From NCBI RefSeq assembly GCF_018977255.1, contig NW_024704743.1, forward strand, positions 79,424,001-79,488,000: DNA of 64,000 bases. The letters are read 5' to 3'. Within the stretch, counting starts at the first letter, position 1. Each line of letters starts with the position of its first letter. This document shows, piece by piece, positions 1 to 12,460 of the stretch. The notes under the pieces were generated by a model that saw only the letters and a list, made by a program, of their open reading frames with translations, had not been told where the DNA came from and did not search any database. This stretch comes from Callorhinchus milii. Taxonomy: Eukaryota. Made by a program: the position numbers and the translations under genes.

Positions 1-502
1 CTGAAACAATTTTCAAAGAAAGGTTTTGTAAAACAATGAAGGAACCATCTTATCTCTCTAACACAAACCTCAAGGAAAATGTTGGAGGTAGGAAGCTCAC
101 TGCCCGTCGGCAACCCCTGTGAATACTCAAAGCCCCTTGGAGCTGTCAAAGGCACAAGTGGCACTATCAGTCACTAAGGACGGTTAGCAAGACTTTGAAA
201 TCCTGTCAGTGGGACGACTGATAGCGTTTTCACACCACAATGATAAGCCTTGCCATTCTTATTCTACCTTTCACATTGCAAACTGTCAGGCTTCAGACCA
301 TACAAGTGTTCAGTAAAACGGTTTTGCTTTATACAAACTTCTCTCTCCAGCACATTCAGCATAATTTACAGCTTCACTTTCAAAGTTAACCCAGCTTCAG
401 AGTTGAAGCATTTGATTCAATTCAAATGAACTCATTGAATCTGAATTTCAATAGTTATTGTGAGCAAAGAGAATCAGGAATTTCTATATTTATTTAATGA
501 TA

Positions 503-935
503 AATAATAATATTTTTTGTATTTGGTATAGTGCCTTTCACATCAGGAGTATGTCCCAAAGCACTTCACAGGATTTACTGTGGAGTAGCTGTATTTGAGG
601 GCATACAAGGTAGTCAATGTGAGCACACTGATGTCCCACAAACAGCCATGAATGATCAATTTTATTTGAGGGATTGTTAATCGGGAGACCAGGAATAAAC
701 TCCCTTCTCTTTCAAGTAATGCGGAGGGATCTTCAACATCCATCTGAACAGGGCTTAATGTCCATCTGAACAGGGCTTTTATTTAATGTTTGATCCAAAG
801 AATGGCACCTCCATGCAGAGCAACCCCAGCACTGCAAGGGAGTATCAGCTTAGACAGTATCAGTTCCAAGTCTCAACGTGATACTTGAATCCACAACCTT
901 GTGACTCAGAGGTGAGAGTGCTACCAACTGAGCTA
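503..935 (-). mobile_element. Deu-domain SINE (SacSINE1/AmnSINE1-like), near full length
   Basis: The minus strand starts with a tRNA-like head (AGCTCAGTTGGTAGCACTCTCACCTCTGAGTCACAAGGTTGTGGATTCAAG). It continues into a Deu-like core (GGATGTTGAAGATCCC...) and an L2-type tail (GAAGTGCTTTGGGACAT...GAAAGGCACTATACCAAAT). Confidence 0.75.
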
Positions 936-2029
936 TGCTGACGCTATGCTGACATTCTTTTGATCGTTCATGGAAAGTGTACTGCACTATATTTCTGGCT
1001 TGTTGCGTGAAGGCACAGGAAGCACTCGTGAGAGTTGTCTTCGGGAAGTGATGTGACCAGAAGCGCTGCCTGGGGTCTCAGTTAATGGACCCCAACTACA
1101 TCTAATAATGGAATTGGTCTTTATTTACATCCACATTCAATACTCTGTGTGAAGAGATTCTGAGTGATACACAGGACTTGCTTGTGGGACCTGGTTTTGA
1201 ATGCAGCCCAGACTAATATGTTAAAAGGTTCCTTCCGTTCTAAGAGCTGGAATGGGCCTATATCATGTGAAATACCTTTGGGCAAATTGCACAATTAGAA
1301 AGATTTAGGATTTTAGCCTTTGGTTCTTTTCTGCTAATTTTCGCTGGTATATTTGCATTCAATTTGAACAGTGAGGGCTAATGACAGCACCAAGGCACTT
1401 CACAGAGTGGAGTCAGTTTGATTTATCAAGTCTCATTAATCTCAATCTCTCCCTTTGTCTCCAGATTGTTTTAGTTAAATAGCGGTGGGCTGGATTCTCA
1501 AATAAAGTACTGCCAAAAATGAAAATCTTTTTTAGTTGCTTTGGAAATTAATACATAATCAACAGTGATTTTTTTTAAGCAGGTGTTGATTTTCATTTGA
1601 TAACCAAAGCTTAAAGCTCAGACCACACTTCTTCAATCTTCAGTGTGGCTGCATCACGCATCAGCTGTGTGCACTTCCTGGCTGATCGTGTCCAACAGGA
1701 GAATGAACAGCCGAGAAACGGAATCAAATGGGCTATGCAAATGTGGCGTGTTTATTTTGCAAAGGGATTGAGTGTCTAGCAGTGGTTTGAAGACAAACCC
1801 AATGAGCGTGTTATAATGGAGATCCAAATGCGATCACAACTTGCTTGAGAACAAAAAAACACGTTTTTATGCTTCAAAGGCAAATACTGTCAAAAGTAGT
1901 AACTGTTCTTCTAGATTGAACAATGACTGGAAAAGTTAGGGCTCTTCAACCTTCAGAGTGTACTTCATACATTTTAAATCAGATTGAAACAAGTAAACCC
2001 AGTAAAATATTTTAGGATGTATCATGACA

Positions 2030-2280
2030 ATAGAACAAGGGGATACAGGTTTAGCATTGTAAAGGAAATTTCAGGACAGATAGGATATTTTTCTTTACTC
2101 AGAGGGTATCATTGATTGGAACAGATTGTCAGGAAAGGTGGTAGAGGCCAGAACATTCGACTCATTTACAAAGCATCTTGAACCAGTAATGGGGGATGAT
2201 AGGGTGGATGTTCTTGAGCAATGAGATTAGATGGGCCGAAGGATCTTCTTCATTCAGACCAATCTTGATCTTGTGATCTT
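2030..2280 (+). mobile_element. CR1 LINE 3' fragment, old
   Basis: TTCTTTACTCAGAGGGT...TGGAACAG encodes the FFTQRV..WN motif, followed by a GATGGGCCGAAGG 3' UTR. Confidence 0.75.
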
Positions 2281-2299
2281 ATAAACACAACAGCCATTT

Positions 2300-2520
2300 G
2301 CACCAGCAACATCCCACAAGCAACCATGACACGAGTGGCCAATTAATCTGGACCATTGTTAGCCAGGACACTGGGGAAAACTTACTTCTCTTTTCATGTA
2401 TTGTCATGGGATCGGCAACTTCCACCTGGAAAGGAAGACCGGACCTTAAGGTTGCATCTGAAGGACATCAAACAATTTCTGACCCAGGGACAATAGTGCT
2501 ATTTACTGAGCCAATCTGAA
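2300..2520 (-). mobile_element. Deu-domain SINE fragment
   Basis: Reverse complement of the core motifs GTGTCCTGG and GATCCCATGAC seen in the other copies. Confidence 0.6.
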
Positions 2521-2711
2521 CATTGTTTTGCTTGCCTAATGTTTTATCAATTATAATGTATTATTATTCACCAACAAAATCTACAGTCACTACACCTTAC
2601 AGTAAATCCTGTACGGTCATTCGAGACATTTTTTTGACTTTGAAAGCCGCTTTACCAAACATAAGGATTATTATTATCTAAACTCATCAGTACTTTGCGG
2701 AATCTCTTACA

Positions 2712-2990
2712 TACAACAATAACAACTTACATTTATATACCACCGTTTATCTAGGATAGCATCTCACAGCATTTCACAGTGGCAGGGTTGGATGGCAAGC
2801 AAGAGAGTTGGGGCAGGTGACCATAGGCGCAGTAGAAGAGATAGGTTTTAATGTGGGATTTAAAGCTAAATAGAGAGGGGGCAAGTTGGAGGAATAATAA
2901 AGGCAGTGCATTCCAGAGGTTAGGGGCATATTACTGAAGATTTGACCACTGATGGTTGTACAGAGGGGATAAGGATCCACAATACACCCA
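2712..2990 (-). mobile_element. L2 LINE 3' fragment, old
   Basis: (CAA)n tail followed by a purine-rich body. ORF 2774-2980 resembles the L2 ORF2 C-terminus. Confidence 0.65.
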
Positions 2991-3449
2991 TGTTAGCTGA
3001 TTGGATAATATCCATCATTCGCCAGTTAAACATTTGTTTTTGGTTTAAATCTGCACTCACAGCTGCTGAAGCACTCTGCTCCTATTGCTTGGTGAGAAAT
3101 AGTTAGTATTCTTCCTGTTATTTTTCTGCTGGTGGTGCTCACAGAATCAGCATTTCAGCTCTTGTCTGAATCAATAGCAAGGCTGCCAGCAATGAGCTGA
3201 TCTTATGGAAGTGACTGATAGCTCTGTTATTGCTGTTGATTTAGCTCAAACCAGAACACATTGTCTGCATGAATCAGAGGGGCTGAATCTCAATGAGTCT
3301 GATATTATTGAGATCCTATCTCAACATCTCATACCCTATCTTCACGTTCAATTTCAGTCAGACGACACTCCGGATTTATATAAAGGGCTGTCCCAGGTTA
3401 TTAAGATATAATTTGTAATTGATTATTCTGAAATCTTATGGCCGTGAAG

Positions 3450-5300
3450 ATGTTATTTCTGTCTCTGCTACTCTCCCACCACCACATTGTTTCCCTGTAG
3501 CACAAACTAATGTGGTGCAGAACTGGACACCTTGAATGGGATTATCCAGGTTGTTGCATTCTCCATGGGTGAGGATGTGCTGTAAGTGCCTACCCACATT
3601 ATGTTTTCTTTGCTGACCAGAATAGAGCGTTCTGTCGATGCCTCTTGTTCAGTCAGGATGGAAAGCTTTGGCTCTGTTATTGGTTGTACCCGAGAACCAG
3701 TATAACATGATAGTTGACTTGTATATTAGTTGAAGATGGAGCACAATCCAGATATCTAGTCTGAGATAGGGACTTTGTGTCTAGACACGTTGGGCTAGGA
3801 GCTACTCACAATGGCCCTTATATCACCTAACTTTTTTTTGCTGACTATCTCATTCCAATTTCGCTCTCAAGGTTTGTTTTATTTACTATCTGCTTGAGCA
3901 TCTCGATTATTCTGTGCATTTCTCAGATCTGTATTCTTACCCTGTGGTGGCCAGGTAATTGGAACCTGTGAAAGGCCCTGTTGTATTTTACAAGCAAGTA
4001 CGGCCTTGTAACTCATGGGTGGAGATATGTCATGCAATGTCATTCGTTAAGATATATGATCTCAAAAGAATAATACACAATTGCACTTTATTAGATTGAT
4101 TGATTTTACCTGTCCTAGTCGAATGAAAGAAGGTACAGGTTTTCATTAAGATTTTCAGAGAGGAGGAACTGATTCTGAGAAAGGGTCAGACTTCAACACA
4201 GCACTTCTCTGTTTTCTCTCTCATTCCAACTCACTGGTGTAAAGGATTCCTTACATTTGGCCAGCATAAGCATGATCCATCAGTAAATTATGCATTAGGA
4301 TATGAGAATCAGCTGATGCATTCAATACAAATCCACATTGGTGCTGTACTCAATCCTACACTTGCGAGTCACTTGGCTGAGACCTTAGGTTTTCAATTAC
4401 ATTGTTCAAAATTACTGGAAAACTTATAATCACTGGCCAGTTACTTTCTACGTCAAAGATACAGCTCTTGAATCTGATTGGAATGATGCTGAATGTGTGT
4501 CAAGGGGTGAATGTCACGCTGAGGTGAATTCAAAGACGGAAAATTTAGTTCATAACTTTCTTGCTTCCACAGAAAGTAACCACAGAATAGATTAACTGAG
4601 GTCACGGGCAAACTGAAGCTGCAGACTTTGAGCCATTCATCTGTGGAGCAAAACAATTGGGAAAAAGGAGCAGGATATCTTTGGAGCAGTTGAGGATTGC
4701 AGTAATGGAATGGAATGTAAAAGATTGCCAGGAGGCATCAGAGAAATCTGGAGGGATAGAGGGGTGAGGCCATCCATAAAGAATATCTTGTCCGCAAAAA
4801 ATATCCCAATGAATCCTTCTACTGTCAAAATCTGTCGTCAATCATGAGGCTCCACTGGGCTGATACCAGTGAAGATAAATCAGATGCTCTTCAGCTGACT
4901 TATGAAGATACCCTCAGGGTCTGTTGGGAACATTATGCTGCTTTGACATCTGACCCAACAAGGAATCATAAGAAATCATAGGAAACCATCTACAGATGCT
5001 GTCAAACTTGTAAAATAAGGCCACAACGGCAAGGTCTCCTGGCAGGAACTGGACATTCACTTCTCCTGACTACTTCTAATAGGCATGAAAAGTCCAGGTG
5101 ACAAATTGCTAAAAAGCTGTTGCTGCAAAGTAACTACTGCTTAAGCTTTGCATCCCTTACTGATGGAATCATCATTCACTGGGTTAGTGTGCAGCCGGGA
5201 TATCATGTGAAGGATGATGGTAATGCACTCACACAACTTTCGTGCAGTTGTGATGCTCACCTTACTGTTCAAAAGATATTCTTAGTCCTGCCTATCTCCC
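3450..5300 (+). mobile_element. Highly degenerate Ty3/Gypsy LTR-retrotransposon pol relic (RT-RNase H-integrase)
   Basis: Collinear frameshifted motifs: AELDTLNGIIQVVAFS at about 3517 (RT N-terminus), HDPS..ADA/HIGAVL at 4271-4351 (RNase H DAS..GIGAVL), and CQTC at 5000-5011 then WQELDIHF at 5040-5063 (integrase Zn-finger and PW..LHIDF). Confidence 0.55.
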
Positions 5301-5329
5301 TAGTTCTGTCCATCATCCTTCAGAATTGA

Positions 5330-5570
5330 ATTGAGGTCCCATCGGCCTGTTCAGGTGGACATTAAAGATCCCAAGGAACTATTCGAAAAGAGAACGGGGG
5401 TTCTCCTGGTGTTCTGGCCAACAATTCCTCAAATAAAATTGGTCAGTCACTCCATGACTGTTTGTCGGATATTGATGTGTGCGATTGGCTGCTGTGTTAC
5501 ACTCGCAAATTACGCAGTGAAAACCACTTTGTGGTATATCCTGTGAAGGGCTTTGAGAAGTCTTGATGAA
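5330..5570 (+). mobile_element. Deu-domain SINE, 5' truncated
   Basis: GTTCAGGTGGACATTAAAGATCCC...GGTGTTCTGGCCAACAATTCC core, followed by the tail GTGAAGGGCTTTGAGA. Confidence 0.7.
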
Positions 5571-6464
5571 GAAAGTCACGGTTGGACAAGTGGCAGAGGC
5601 TTACCAGTGTCTTGTACTGGTAATCTGCCAGGGTTTAGCTTGTTCATTTCCAGAAGCCCTCTAATGGGAGGGAGGATATTCAGCAGAAAGGGAGAGAGCA
5701 GAAATTGGAATGTTGGAAATGATCTTGGAAATGAAATCAACCGTTGGGCCAGATGTGGCCCGTGGGCCACCTGTTGGTCCACGCTGATGAAGGATAGTGT
5801 CTCAAAGCACATTACAGTCAGGGCCAGTGCCAAGCAAGCAAGTAGGGGAGGGAGAAATGACTGTCGGTGAGGTTGAAAAGGTAAGTTATTAGGCACAATT
5901 TAAAGGCACGTGGAGAGGGGATGAGTGAGAGGGATAGAGAGAGGGAGTTCCAGAGTTAAGGGCATGGTCATTGAATCTAGGTGTCCAACTCTGCATTGTT
6001 TCAAGAATTTTAGAGATACTGAAACATCACAACACCACTGGAAATTAAAAAATTTAATGTGGCAGAAAAAAAAACAATAAAATGTCCTTTAAGCTGCGAG
6101 TCACTATATAAAAATGGGATTCTAATGCCATTCTTAATCAAGTCAATGCTATTAATTTGGTGACCCTATTTAAGCCGAACAAGGCAGCACTGCATTTTGT
6201 TGTGAGCACATCAAAGTAATACGATTGTTTATGCGTTCTAGTGTTAAATTACTCTGCTTAGCGGTGCTGAGCTTAAACTTACCCTTAGATGGGTGAATTT
6301 TACTTTGCAGTAAAACCTGAGCAGCCACAGGTTCTGGCTGCATTTATACAGTTGCAAATAACTCAGAAGTAACAGGATTCACTTCACAAGCTGTGGAACA
6401 TCATGACTCCACTGTTAGCAAGATCTAAATGAGTTCATTGTTAAGATGCCCCTGAATAACTTTG

Positions 6465-7472
6465 TGAACAACTATATCTGTCCTAGTGTCAAATAAGATT
6501 AAATAAACAACTGGCTTTAGAAAATGACTCCAATGTGGATCATAAAAAAAATACATAATTAAAATAAATTGTTAAGCCTAGATAGTTGACAATAAAATGT
6601 GCCAACCAATGAAATGATAGATTCACAATAGCATATTTCTTAATAAGGAATCTGAGTTGTGAAAATGGGGATTCCTTCCAACGGCCTCACACTTATAACA
6701 TTTTATCAGTTGCAAATAGAACAGCAATACTCAAGATCTAAACAGATCATAAGTGTCTTGCAAGACACTTTTCCATTGGTGATATACTGTATAATTATTT
6801 ACTTTTCTTTATTTCAGCATTGTTGTATTCAATATTACAAAAGTTATATTTTGGGAGTTGTGTGTCAGTTTGGAGATAATCTGTGGAGAAAAACTGTTTA
6901 ATTGGAGAGCTGCAGTGGGATGTGGAACTCAAAGCGTTAAACAGTACAATCAGAGCCCGCCCAAAGGACTTTCCGAGCCAGAGCAAGAGGTCAGTTCTGT
7001 TCTGTGTCAGAGATCACAGCAGAGGCTGAACTGACTGCTTAACGGTCAACCCCCTGCTTCCAGGAAATGACCATTTTTTCATTCACTGGTCAATTGCATT
7101 GACTTTGTTGTCAAAGAAAAATAAATAATTGAGAACATCAGGAATCCAAATCCTTTCCTTTCCTTTCCTTTCATTTCATTTTAATTAGCGATACCAGAAG
7201 ATTCTAAGGCTCGTGACAAAGCTGTTTCTGAGCAAATTTCAGAGATTTTTTTCAGAACTAAAAATGAATTCAACCCAAATTTCAAGTTTGAAACAATTTA
7301 AAGTTTTTCCATGGTTTATTATGAATTAAATTGTTCTCTTCAGATGGTTTATCTGATCCAACGTGGATCATAAAAAAAATACATAATTAAAATCATGCAG
7401 AGTTAAAATAAATTTTCTAAAGCCAATTATTTATTTAATCTTATTTGACACGAGGACAGATATAGTTGTTCA
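6465..7472. repeat. 61-bp inverted repeat pair enclosing a 37-bp direct repeat pair
   Basis: 6465-6525 is the reverse complement of 7412-7472 (3 mismatches). 6529-6565 matches 7357-7393 directly (1 mismatch). Confidence 0.9.
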
Positions 7473-7654
7473 GTTCCTAAGAAGACGGAACATACTAAAC
7501 TATCTTTAACCCAAATAAAATACAATACCTGTATATTAAAATAATCAATAAAAATATCAGCATTTTCAAATGGAATGATGTTATGTTGTTAAGTAACCGT
7601 AACCCTCACTGGAATGAAAACAAATGGCTCACATGGTTAATCCCACAAAAGCAA

Positions 7655-7900
7655 TAACAACACGTAGCATTTATATAACGCCCTCCATGTAAGATAATGT
7701 CTTGGAGAACTTCAAAGTGGTCGAGATGGATACCGAGCAAGGGTAAGGGGGAGGTGAACACAGGCGAGATTGAAGAGATCATGTTAAGGTGAGATTTAAA
7801 GATAGACAGAGAGGAGTCAAGGCGGAGGGATAGAGGCAGAGAATTTCTGAGGTTGGGAGCAAAATGACTGAAGGCTCAGCTACCAATGTAGGATTGGAGC
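7655..7900 (-). mobile_element. L2 LINE 3' fragment, old
   Basis: AACAACAC..GCATTTATATAACGCCC tail followed by a purine-rich L2 body. Confidence 0.6.
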
Positions 7901-8249
7901 AAATGAACAAGGGTAGCTGGCCTATGTAAACTGAGTGCAGGGGCAAACAGAGTAGTGGGGTATGAAATTACTGTGGGGTGACAGACTTATCAAATTTACT
8001 ACTCACCGAGTTGGCTTACAATTATAAAGAATAGTCAGTGGAGGTAGATGCCTACAACAACAACAACTTGCATTTATATAGCACCCGTCACACAGTCTAA
8101 CGTCCCAGAGCTCTGCCTAGATGCTACTTGGAGCAGGTTTGGTGCCTCTGGAACCATCCTCCAGTAGGCGTTAGTGACCTGTGGAGATGATGGGAAAAAT
8201 AAGAGAAACGTGAAAACCTGACAAAAATCCTAACGCTTATAAATAAATG

Positions 8250-8592
8250 ATAATGAGTAATCCTTGCATTTGATCTAGCACCTTTTATGTAATGATTGCA
8301 TTTTGTAGGCAGACACTAAAACCAATTTGCATGCAACAATGTGCTAACAGCTATGATGTGAATGACCAATTTGATTTGTGGGATTGCTGACCAGGTTACT
8401 TTTTGAGTAGTGCAATTAATTGGAAGTTTAACATCCACCTGAACAGGTAAATGACACAGAGAACAATGCAACACTTGCCCAGAACTGTATTGAAATGTCA
8501 CCCTAGGCTATGGTTTCAGAGTCCCGAGTTGGGACTTGAACCTACAACCTTCTAATTCAGAGACAAGAGTGTTACCAACTGAATCAGACTGA
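8250..8592 (-). mobile_element. Deu-domain SINE
   Basis: Head GGGACTTGAACCTACAACCTTCTAATTCAGAGACAAGAGTGTTACCAACTGA, core AACATCCACCTGAACAGG, tail AATCCTTGCATTTGAT (all as read on +). Confidence 0.7.
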
Positions 8593-9056
8593 CACCAGAG
8601 CTGATATAAGAACGGGCTGAGCAAGAAAAGTATTTGGATAAAAAAATTGATTGATGAAAAAATTGATTGTCAAAGGACAAGTAATGTGTTTAGTAGGGAG
8701 AATTCATAAAGGATGTGAGAAATTCTTGCAACTTCACTTGATGGATGAGTCACTGAGCCACAGAAAGATGCACCAACAGCTGCAGAAATCCAATTTTTAA
8801 GGAAAGATATGATTAAAAATAGATGCCAAGTGCATTCAAAATTCATCAGTCTGAATGTTGTCTCGTCTCAGACAAGAAATACAATAATGGCTGACACAAA
8901 TGTAATAATAAATAAAATGTACCACAGCTAAAATATCAGATCAAAGAATTCAATCAGAATGTTAAATATTAAAGTGCTAACGTTCTATTAAGTTAAAATA
9001 ATATAACATAATTCACAGTTAAAATCTCCCTCTCACATTTTAAAAATCCATTTTTA

Positions 9057-9170
9057 TAATAATAATAATAATAATCCTTGCATTTGATATAGCGCTTTTC
9101 ACGTCGGGAGTACGTCCCAAAGCGCTTCACAGAACACACTGTAAAGTGAATTGACTGTATATTTGTGGGC
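9057..9170 (-). mobile_element. tRNA-SINE 3' end
   Basis: (AAT)n-CCTTGCATTTGATATAGCGCTTTTCACGTCGGGAGTACGTCCCAAAGCGCTTCACAG. Confidence 0.85.
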
Positions 9171-9269
9171 ATATCTTATAAAGAGTAACAAAAGGTTCTC
9201 AATATGCTGTAGAGAGCTCAATATCAAAGCAAACTTATTAGTTAAATGAATACATTCAGAGATTCTGCC

Positions 9270-9470
9270 AGTTTATTCAGGTGGAAGTTAAAGATCCCAT
9301 GGTACCATTTGTAAAGAGAAGGTGGTTTCTCCAAGGTGTCCTGGCCAAAAATCCCCTAAATACATTTGTTCATTAATTTCATGGTTGATTGTAGGATATT
9401 GCAGTGCACAAATTTCAGGAGAATTTCTTTAAGTGGCTCACGGGACTTACTGTAAAGCATAGTGAGTGTG
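9270..9470 (+). mobile_element. Deu-domain SINE fragment
   Basis: TTCAGGTGGAAGTTAAAGATCCCATGGTACC...GGTGTCCTGGCCAA. Confidence 0.7.
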
Positions 9471-9479
9471 TACTTGGTA

Positions 9480-9756
9480 GATGAACACACAGTTTTCTAC
9501 CAATGTCCTGGCCAATAACCCCCAATTTTATTTGGCCATGGAACAATTGGCCAGAACATTGGCAGAAAATGCCATGCCATGGGCTTTTCAACATCCACCT
9601 GATCATGCAGACCGAAGGACAGCACTCTTGACAATGCAGCACACTCTCAGCAATGCACTGGAGTGAGATCCAAGACTATGTGAGTTTAAACCCGATGTAG
9701 GTCTTAGAACCCACAACCTTTTGACTCGGAGACAAGAGTGCTCCCAACTGAGCCAG
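9480..9756 (-). mobile_element. Deu-domain SINE, 5' part
   Basis: Head GAACCCACAACCTTTTGACTCGGAGACAAGAGTGCTCCCAACTGAGCC and core CAACATCCACCTGA (as read on +). Confidence 0.7.
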
Positions 9757-12083
9757 GGATTCAGCCACTGTTGGGAACATGTCACTACCAACACATGGAA
9801 AGGCATAACATGATGCAGCATACTTATTTGCCAGATAAAACTATTGATTGTGAGCAAGATTTAATTATAGCTAATCCATTTTGGTCCATTCTAGCCAAAT
9901 GTTTGATTGATGGATACCAATGCCTTAAGGTCACAAACTGTATATCTTTAATTCTTGAACCCAGTGAGGAAAAGAGGAATTTCACATGTTTCTTCTACAG
10001 AAAAATGCCTTTAGTTAAGTCTGTTATATGATGAATAAGTGAGGGAGAAGAGGGATATATTTATAATAATCTTTATGAATATATCCCTCTATTCTCACAC
10101 CTGAAAAATGTGCTTACAGTCACCTCCTCCCTCCCTCTGGCTCGGAGTCAGGCTCTGCCACTGTTAAGCATGCCGAGGTTCTACCCTATGTGAAGGGTCC
10201 GATACAAATGCAAATTGTTGTTGTTTCACGTTGGGAGGACATCCCAAAAATGCTTCACAGAACTTATTGTGGAGTAGAGTGGAATTGAGTGACTGTGTAT
10301 TTGTCGGCTAATGGGGGCAGCACAATGAAACATTTTGAAATGTTCTTCTGATGTGAAAGTAATGATGTGAAAGAGGCTACATCAAATGTAAGGAACATTA
10401 TTTCTCAAATGGATTGAATGGTTCAGGTGTAGTCCATAAAGTAGTTTCAACATAGTCTCTGGCAGTAACGCTAGAGATCCTCAATGGACTATCTACTGTT
10501 TGTGCATATGTGTGGTAGTTGGCTGAGGAGAGGTCTGACACTCTACAGTCAAGTGGCCTGCTGATACTCACTGCCAATGCTCACACATGAACAATGAGCA
10601 ATTTGTAGGTTATCAGAGGATAACCAGTATCTGTGGAACCACACCAGAGTAAGAGGAGGCCAGACCGAGAGAGGAGAGACGTATGCCAATGGGGAAAATA
10701 TGAGAAAAATACCTTTTTTCAAACAGATATGCAGAAAGTTCATGTAAAAAGGCTCTGTTGCGAAGTAAGATATCTACTTCTACATAGAAAATAATCCAAG
10801 CACAAGTCATTGGTGTCAATATTAGAAATTATATAGTTGCAGGCAATGTTTATTGAATAAAGTTGTAATTATTCATCAACCTCTCGTTGAAGGTGAATAT
10901 CTCAGTGGCTTGTGTAACGTAGGTGAGGTTGAGGCTCACGCCATGATAGAGATCTGTAGAGAACACTGACTTCCCTAATTGCGGATTCATAAAAAGAATG
11001 AGAGCATAAAGCAAGTGGAAATATCAGAAAATGTCTCACTTGATGTGATGAACATTACCGCTGCTAATTACCACACCACACATGGCATTTTTCATTCCAA
11101 TTTAGGAAGAATAGGTAAGTGTTCACCAACAAACTACACAGTCAAACACGTCACAGTAAATTCCCTGAAGTATTTGGAAACATTGTCCTCTCCTGAATTG
11201 TTCTATATTAAATGCAGGGATTATTACCATGCTAGTTACTGTAGTTACTGTAGATGGCAGCAAAGACCAAGACGTCACTTGAAGAGATGGAAAAGGAACA
11301 TCCCGATGGGGGAACATGGCCCATTGACCCTGACCTTTATTGTCACAGTTTATGTATCACTGACTGTACATTACTGATTTGAAAGGTATATTTTCAATCA
11401 CTGTAGCTCCTCTCACATTTTGGGGTTGTAAATGATTACATAGACCTTTGCCCCTCTGGTGAGCATTTATTATCACTGTATTTTCATATGGGTGTGAATG
11501 AGGCATACCTCAGTCAACAAGCTGAGAAGACCACTCTAAAGGATAATCGGGGCCTAAGCTCTTTGCTCCACTTCTATTAATCAAGAGCTTCAAATACGCT
11601 TCCACGTACCTGGATGTACTGGACACTTTTACTGGCATTCACTGTTAGCTGTTGCCTTCTTAAAGCTTTTCATTTTTCCAGTCATTAATTACCCTCTGGA
11701 TAAAGAAATACATCCTGGTGTCTGTTCTTAAAATTCCCTTTACAATTCTAACCCCATTTCCTCTTGATCTACTGTCTTGGTACGTCTGAAAATAAAATCC
11801 CTTGAAACATCTGAATGGCCAGACATCCTCTCAAAAGGAATATGGTTACACTATATAACTGGCTCAAATTTCAAAGTGTCTCATTCACAAAACTAATATT
11901 AATATTTTTGAATATTAATGTGGTCTTTATTAGAGTGGTCTTCTCATGCTGAAATTATCACTTTCTTTCCATCATGCCAAATTATTTTTATAAGACGGAA
12001 TAGTAACAACAAGCAAATTGTCCTTAAATGAAAATGCACCTTTATCTTCCAGTAGAGTACATTGTTAGTGGTATTATAACATT

Positions 12084-12460
12084 GAGTCCTGTAGCTTAGT
12101 GGTTAGAGCACTGACCTTGCAAGCGAAATGATCTGGGTTTGATTCCCAGGCAGAGCGAAATGTTGAGCAAGTTTCCTTACTCCACATGCCTCTGTTCATC
12201 TAGCAGTAAGGAGTAATCCGATTGATTGGCCAATCGCTTTTCCAGGGTTAATAATCCCTTCAAAATAATAATAATAATAATTTGGCCACTCAATCCACAA
12301 CTGTTTGTGGAACACTGCTATGTGCAATTAGCTGCCACGTTTCGCCCTCAAAATGTACAGTCATTTCACTTTACAGTATAACCTGGGAAGGACTTTGAGG
12401 CGTTTCAAAGACTTGATAAGGCCCTATATCAAATGCAAGAATTATTATTATTATTATTTA
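12084..12460 (+). mobile_element. tRNA(Ala)-derived SINE, long variant
   Basis: A/B-box head GAGTCCTGTAGCTTAGTGGTTAGAGC..TTGCAAGC..GGGTTTGATTCCC, CORE-like segment GCAAGTTTCCTTACTCCACATGCCTCTGTT, and (ATT)n tail. Confidence 0.85.

Noticed and set aside
160..226. Hairpin CTATCAGTC...GACTGATAG as a pre-miRNA
   Set aside because: There is a 9-bp outer stem only, and the inner pairing is poor.
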